Shown: positions 55,384 to 59,654 of the stretch, one piece after another
How positions within the stretch are numbered: position 1 is the stretch's first letter
How the letters are laid out: every line of letters begins with the position of its first letter
NCBI GenBank assembly: GCA_030613515.1
Contig: JAUWLT010000001.1
Span: 1-59,654, forward strand
Direction: 5' to 3'
DNA from: Desulfobulbaceae bacterium
Lineage (GTDB): Bacteria; Desulfobacterota; Desulfobulbia; Desulfobulbales; Desulfobulbaceae
DNA length: 59,654 bases
Notes under the pieces: generated by a model
What the model was told of the DNA's origin: nothing
Database searches by the model: none
Seen by the model: the letters and a program-made list of their open reading frames with translations, nothing else
Translations under genes and position numbers: made by a program

Positions 55384-56004
55384 ATGAAAATCACTGTTTT
55401 TGAACAAAACGGCTCAGGACAACATAAAATTACAGGGATGGAGCAATATGGTACGGGCATTGAAATCAATGAAATAATTTCCATTGACGAATCTCTTCCC
55501 GAATTTGTGGATGATCCTGAAAAGTATATTACAGACTCATTTACAGCCGACCTTGTACTGGACTATCTTACACATCCTGATCTTTCCCATTACCTGGTCA
55601 GCTTGTGTAAAAAAAAGAAAATATCAGTAGTCGCCGCGGGCAAAAAGAACGAGGACGCCATTACCCCTTTCACCTGTTGCGGACTTGGCCGCTACCGGAG
55701 ACTGGGCGCCTATGGTGAACAGTTCGGCTTTCCCGAATACAGGGTGGAGCTGGACGGCAACAGGATTGCAGTCCTTGAGGTCCTGCGCGGCGCACCCTGC
55801 GGTGCTACCTGGGATATAGTAAACAGGGTCATAGGGGTGAACATTGAAGAGGCGATGAGCCTCCTGCCCCGTGAGATCCAGTACCTGTGCACAGCCAACC
55901 CCGGTCGATTCGATCCGATCAGCGGCAAGAGCCCGGTCCATCACGCAGGGTATGTACACAGGGCGGCATTGAAAAAGGCAATTGATGAAGCGAGAAAGGT
56001 ATAA
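55384..56004 (+). CDS. conserved hypothetical protein (possibly DUF166 family)
   Basis: 206 aa, soluble, with Cys motifs FTCCGLG and GAPCGATW. The family assignment is from memory only. Confidence 0.4.
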   Translation: MKITVFEQNGSGQHKITGMEQYGTGIEINEIISIDESLPEFVDDPEKYITDSFTADLVLDYLTHPDLSHYLVSLCKKKKISVVAAGKKNEDAITPFTCCGLGRYRRLGAYGEQFGFPEYRVELDGNRIAVLEVLRGAPCGATWDIVNRVIGVNIEEAMSLLPREIQYLCTANPGRFDPISGKSPVHHAGYVHRAALKKAIDEARKV

Positions 56005-56041
56005 AGTAAAGGTATAAGGTGTAAGGTGTAAGGTATACCTT
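55996..56041. repeat. heptamer tandem repeat AAGGT(A/G)T filling the whole intergenic spacer
   Basis: Four in-phase copies at 56009-56036 plus degenerate copies upstream. It ends in the palindrome AAGGTATACCTT (56030-56041). Confidence 0.8.
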
Positions 56042-57585
56042 CAATCTACCGCCCTAATATCATGCATCGTTCTCGGCTGCCACCTGAGCCCTCCCTTGAA
56101 GCCGTAGCATCGCGTCAGGTACAGGGTGTGTACCAGTTCCCTGCCAAACCAGGGGGATTCGCGGTAGATGGGGATCTCTTCGGCCGGATCAACCCGGTCA
56201 AAAATCCGGGAGAGCAGGATAGTTAAATTTCTGTCTTCAAAGACGCCGACAGCGTTTTGACCGGCAAGCATCTCATCATCAAACCAGAAATCGTACACAT
56301 TGGGCCTGGCCCAGCGGTTAATAGAAACCGTGTACGGTTGTCCGGGCATGTAAAAGGCTAACTCACTGGCAAGCTGGTAACGCAGGCCGAAGACAAAAGT
56401 ATTTTCAGGCTGCCCCATCTCCTTGAGCACTTTATCAACCACATTTCCAAGCTCGTTCCAGCCCACGGTTTCCCTGGCTGTTCGGTCAAGATCCACTTTG
56501 ACCGGCAGCACGGGATAGAGGAGTTGAATAATAATGGCTGCAGACGTGGCAAAGGCAAATCCGATGCCGAATTTCCACAACCTGTGATGCAGGGCGGGCC
56601 TCCCTCCCTGGCCGGGACTATACAGCGCTGCAACCAGGATCATTCCTGTCAGGTATGCCGGTGCGGGCCAGTTGCCGTAAATTCGTACGTGAAAGGCAAG
56701 CAGGGTAAAGACAACAAAGCTTGTCAGGGACATCCAGATCAAAAAAGGACCATCGCCCGGGCGTAACCGTTTACTGGACCAGCCGTTTATCCAGCCGGCA
56801 AGAAGAAACAGGAAGATCACAGGTGAAAGCAGGGCTGCCTGGCTCCCGAAAAAATCACCAATATAACGAAGGGTAAAAAAGGTGCTGTTATCCACACCGC
56901 CCTGGAACAGAACATGCCGGAAGGTAACCCAGTTATGGCGTGAATTCCAGATCAGGACCGGTGTGAAGACAATACAACCGGTTGTCAGCCCTAACCACGG
57001 CTTATAGGAAGACAACCTGGTTTGATAAATCCGGGTAAAGAGCATGCAGAAAAAAAGCGAAGGCAAAAAGAGCAGCATTGTATACTTGGAAAGCAGGCCA
57101 AGGCCGAACCAGATGCCGGTGAGCAGCCACTGGTTGAGCCTGTTGCGTTCAAGGGCCTGGGCGGCATGATAACAGGCCGCAGCCCAGCAGGGCAGAAGCA
57201 GGCCGTCCGGGGTGGCGATCAGGGCGGAGCCGTTTAATAGCAGCATCACCTGGCTTACCAGGGCCACATGAAAGGCGCAACGCCAGGAAAACCAGCGGGC
57301 CGCCAGCAGGCAGAGATAGACGGAAGCAACTGTTACACCCAGGATTGTTGGCAGACGGACAGCAAATTCATTCTGGCCAAAAAACGTTGTTGCAAGCCAT
57401 ATGGTCCAGGCGATCATGGGTGGATGATCGTAATAGCCGATATCCAGATAACGGCTCCACTGCCAGTAATTGGCCTCATCCGGAACCAGCAGGAACTGGC
57501 CGCTGACGATCAGACGAATGACAAGGGCAATAATAAGGACCAACCAAGTCGCCCTGAGGCTGTTCCATTCTTTTGTTGAACTCAT
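56041..57585 (-). CDS. GT39/ArnT-like (PMT_2) membrane glycosyltransferase
   Basis: 514 aa, about 11 TM helices. First-loop motif LLVPDEANYWQWSRYLDIGYYDHPPM, and a soluble C-terminal domain. Confidence 0.75.
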   Translation of the reverse strand: MSSTKEWNSLRATWLVLIIALVIRLIVSGQFLLVPDEANYWQWSRYLDIGYYDHPPMIAWTIWLATTFFGQNEFAVRLPTILGVTVASVYLCLLAARWFSWRCAFHVALVSQVMLLLNGSALIATPDGLLLPCWAAACYHAAQALERNRLNQWLLTGIWFGLGLLSKYTMLLFLPSLFFCMLFTRIYQTRLSSYKPWLGLTTGCIVFTPVLIWNSRHNWVTFRHVLFQGGVDNSTFFTLRYIGDFFGSQAALLSPVIFLFLLAGWINGWSSKRLRPGDGPFLIWMSLTSFVVFTLLAFHVRIYGNWPAPAYLTGMILVAALYSPGQGGRPALHHRLWKFGIGFAFATSAAIIIQLLYPVLPVKVDLDRTARETVGWNELGNVVDKVLKEMGQPENTFVFGLRYQLASELAFYMPGQPYTVSINRWARPNVYDFWFDDEMLAGQNAVGVFEDRNLTILLSRIFDRVDPAEEIPIYRESPWFGRELVHTLYLTRCYGFKGGLRWQPRTMHDIRAVD

Positions 57586-57732
57586 TACAGCTCTGGTTTC
57601 CAGGTATTGGCGTTTACGGGTTACCGACCCTCTCTATTGCCGGATGTCGGCAAAACTTGTTCAGCCGACTAATTTCGATTATGATTATATTTTAAATTCA
57701 ATCCTACAATCAATTTTTTCAATAAAAGGTTC

Positions 57733-59534
57733 ATGCGAATATTACAGGCTTTTCTTATTGTCCTTTTACTGGTGCTCTTTCCCTGCAACCTCTTTGCTGC
57801 CCATGGTGTTTCCATTGACGGTAAATTGAAATACCAGCAGGGGTTCAGCAGATTTGACTATACTTCACCTGATGCGGTCAAAGGCGGATCCCTGATCCTG
57901 CACGATCTAGGTGGGTTTGACAAGATGAATCCGTTTACCCTTAAAGGAAGCGCCCCATTCGGACTTGATTCTTTAATTTTTGAAACCCTGGCAGTGGGCA
58001 GCTTGGATGAGCCTTTTGCTGCCTATGGCCTGATCGCAAAAGATATCGCCCTGGCAGCGGACAGGAAATCCGTCATCTTTACCATTGATGAAAATGCCAG
58101 GTTTTCCAATGGTACACCGGTAACTGTCCATGATGTAAAATACTCCCTGGATACTCTGAAAAGCGATAAGGCGCATCCTTTTTACCAGATTTACCTGCAG
58201 AATATCACCGGGGCTGAGATACTGGATAAACAGAAAATCCGTTTTTTCTTTGACAAGCCTAACCGTGAATTGCACATGATCGCAGCCCAGTTGCCGGTGC
58301 TGAACAAAACCTTTTACGAGCAGCATGGTTTTGACCCGTCCGGAGAGACCGATACCATGACGCCTCCGATTGGCTCGGGCCCCTATATAATCAAAGAGGT
58401 TAATCACGGCAAATCAGTTATCTATGAACGTAATCCAGACTATTGGGCCGCCCAGCATCCCACGCGCAGGGGAATGTTTAATTTCGACACCATTACCATC
58501 AAGTATTTCAAGGACCAGATCGTCAGCGTCGAGGCCTTCAAGGCCGGCGAGTTTGATTTCATGGTGGTCAATATTGCCAAGCAGTGGCAGCGTGACCTCT
58601 CCGGCCGTCGTTTTGAGAGCGGGGAGCTGATCAAGAAACGATTTCCCCATAAAAACAATGCAGGCATGCAGGGATTTGTTTTTAATACCCGTCGCGCGCT
58701 GTTTAAGAATCCAAAAGTGCGCCGGGCCCTGGGCCTTGCCCTGGACTTTGAGTGGACCAATACAACCCTGTTCTTTGACCAGTACACCCGTTCCAATTCT
58801 TATTTCAGTAACTCAGACCTCGCGGCAACCGGCCTGCCCGGACCAGCTGAACTGGAACTTCTTACGCCCTTTAAAGAACAACTGCCGCCTGAGGTGTTTA
58901 CGACCCCTATTTTACCCCCGACCACCACCCCGCCCGGCAGTCTGCGCACCAATCTCAGGTTGGCAAAAAAATTGCTTTCCGAGCAGGGGTGGCAGGTGAT
59001 AAACGGTGTGTTAACATCTGACAACGGTACCCCTTTCAGCTTTGAAATCCTGTTGGTAAGTCCCTCTTTTGAGCGGGTAATGGCCCCTTATGTAAAAAAT
59101 CTGGCCAAGCTGGGCATCAGGCTGATTACCGCACCATTGATCCCGCTCTGTACAGCGACCGGGTGAAGAATTTTGATTTTGATATGGTGGTCAACGTTTA
59201 TGGCCAGTCCCAGTCGCCGGGCAATGAGCAACGGGATTTCTGGTCATCTTCCTCAGCTTCACGCAAAGGTTCCAGGAACCTGGCCGGCATCAACTCCCCG
59301 GTGGTTGACAGCTTGGTTGAATCCATCATCTATGCCAAAACCCAGGATGACTTGACCGCTGCATGTAAAGCCCTGGACCGGGTACTTTGGTACGGCTATT
59401 ATGTTGTTCCCAACTGGTACCTTGCCTCTCACCGTCTTGCTTACAGCGCACAATTCAGCATGCCGAAAACCCTGCCGCTTTACTTTAATCCCTACCAGTT
59501 ACTGTACAGTTGGTGGATTGAGCCGGGCAAATAA
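57733..59534 (+). pseudogene. family-5 ABC substrate-binding protein (YejA/oligopeptide-like) interrupted by a 1-nt frameshift near 59119-59121
   Basis: ORF 57733..59166 has a signal peptide and an SBP_5-like body. It continues in the -1 frame as ...ADYRTIDPALYSDRVKNFDFDM... (ORF 59163..59534). Joined length is about 600 aa. Confidence 0.6.
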
Positions 59535-59552
59535 CAATTGGTCCTCTAAATA

Positions 59553-59654
59553 ATGAAGCACCAGTTTACCCTTTTCCTCAAAGATACACAGGCTACAAAA
59601 CGGATCGGATACCGGTTAGGTAAGGTTGCCCGAAGCTGTGACGTCATTCTTCTC
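59553..59654 (+). CDS. tsaE: tRNA t6A biosynthesis protein TsaE, N-terminal fragment (3' end outside the window)
   Basis: My translation, MKHQFTLFLKDTQATKRIGYRLGKVARSCDVILL, fits the TsaE N-terminus pattern (...T..lG..la......dvi.L.GdLGAGKT) up to the window edge. Confidence 0.5.
   Translation, partial: MKHQFTLFLKDTQATKRIGYRLGKVARSCDVILL

Noticed and set aside
59164-59166. In-frame TGA as selenocysteine or read-through joining the two SBP ORFs
   Set aside because: The downstream ORF is in a different frame. Homology continues in the -1 frame from ~59121, well before the TGA, so this is a frameshift, not recoding at the stop.
1-59654. tRNA, rRNA, tmRNA, reverse transcriptase/retron, toxin-antitoxin pairs, prophage or canonical defence-system genes
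   Set aside because: Scanning the intergenic regions showed no T-loop (GGTTCGAATCC-like) or rRNA motifs. None of the ORF translations showed RT, Cas, restriction-modification, integrase or phage structural signatures.

Overview
This is a 59.6-kb chromosomal window. Its gene content looks like a Desulfobacterota (deltaproteobacterial, Desulfobulbales-like) anaerobe, but that is inference only. I count about 50 protein genes and saw no rRNA, tRNA or CRISPR array.

Housekeeping backbone: glyA (3' end), a LysE-family exporter, uvrB, a DUF374 protein, cbiA, a translationally coupled five-gene Nik/Cbi-type ECF metal importer (M-L-K-Q-O), hrpA, galU, priA, rsmJ, kdsB, mdh, a rubredoxin (52-aa ORF missing from the ORF track), rplU-rpmA-obg-proB-proA-nadD, nnr, a CBS-pair protein, a GT39/ArnT-like glycosyltransferase and tsaE (5' end).

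Signalling genes are dense:
- a degenerate-GGDEF/REC/HD-GYP protein
- a ZraP-like gene with a sigma54 promoter, divergent from an orphan ZraS-like kinase
- two hybrid kinases
- a CheY-like receiver
- a REC-PAS-GGDEF cyclase

There is one intact IS4-family element with 18-bp inverted repeats and an 8-bp target duplication, and one frameshifted family-5 solute-binding-protein gene.

Candidates for something undescribed, strongest first:
1. 37.3-40.3 kb: a DUF3124 / lipoprotein-SBP / transmembrane Cache receptor cassette. The receptor's only cytoplasmic output is an AlbA_2 (Schlafen-type) domain.
2. 24.5-28.9 kb: a 784-aa YvcK/CofD-family protein with an uncharacterised ~285-aa C-terminal extension, packed at 2-nt spacing with a PAS hybrid kinase and a receiver.
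3. 46.7-50.0 kb: a 1095-aa fusion of an EndoQ-like PHP/Zn-ribbon nuclease to a complete UvrD-type helicase, followed after 1 nt by a sensor-less hybrid kinase.
4. 29.0-33.6 kb: a protein with an unknown N-terminal domain and a C-terminal J-domain (HPD), translationally coupled to a heterodimeric MsbA-like ABC exporter pair.

The window also holds several long hairpins, some with strand-specific G-U pairing, and three families of short intergenic repeats. Coordinates of elements I called by hand may be off by 1-2 nt.
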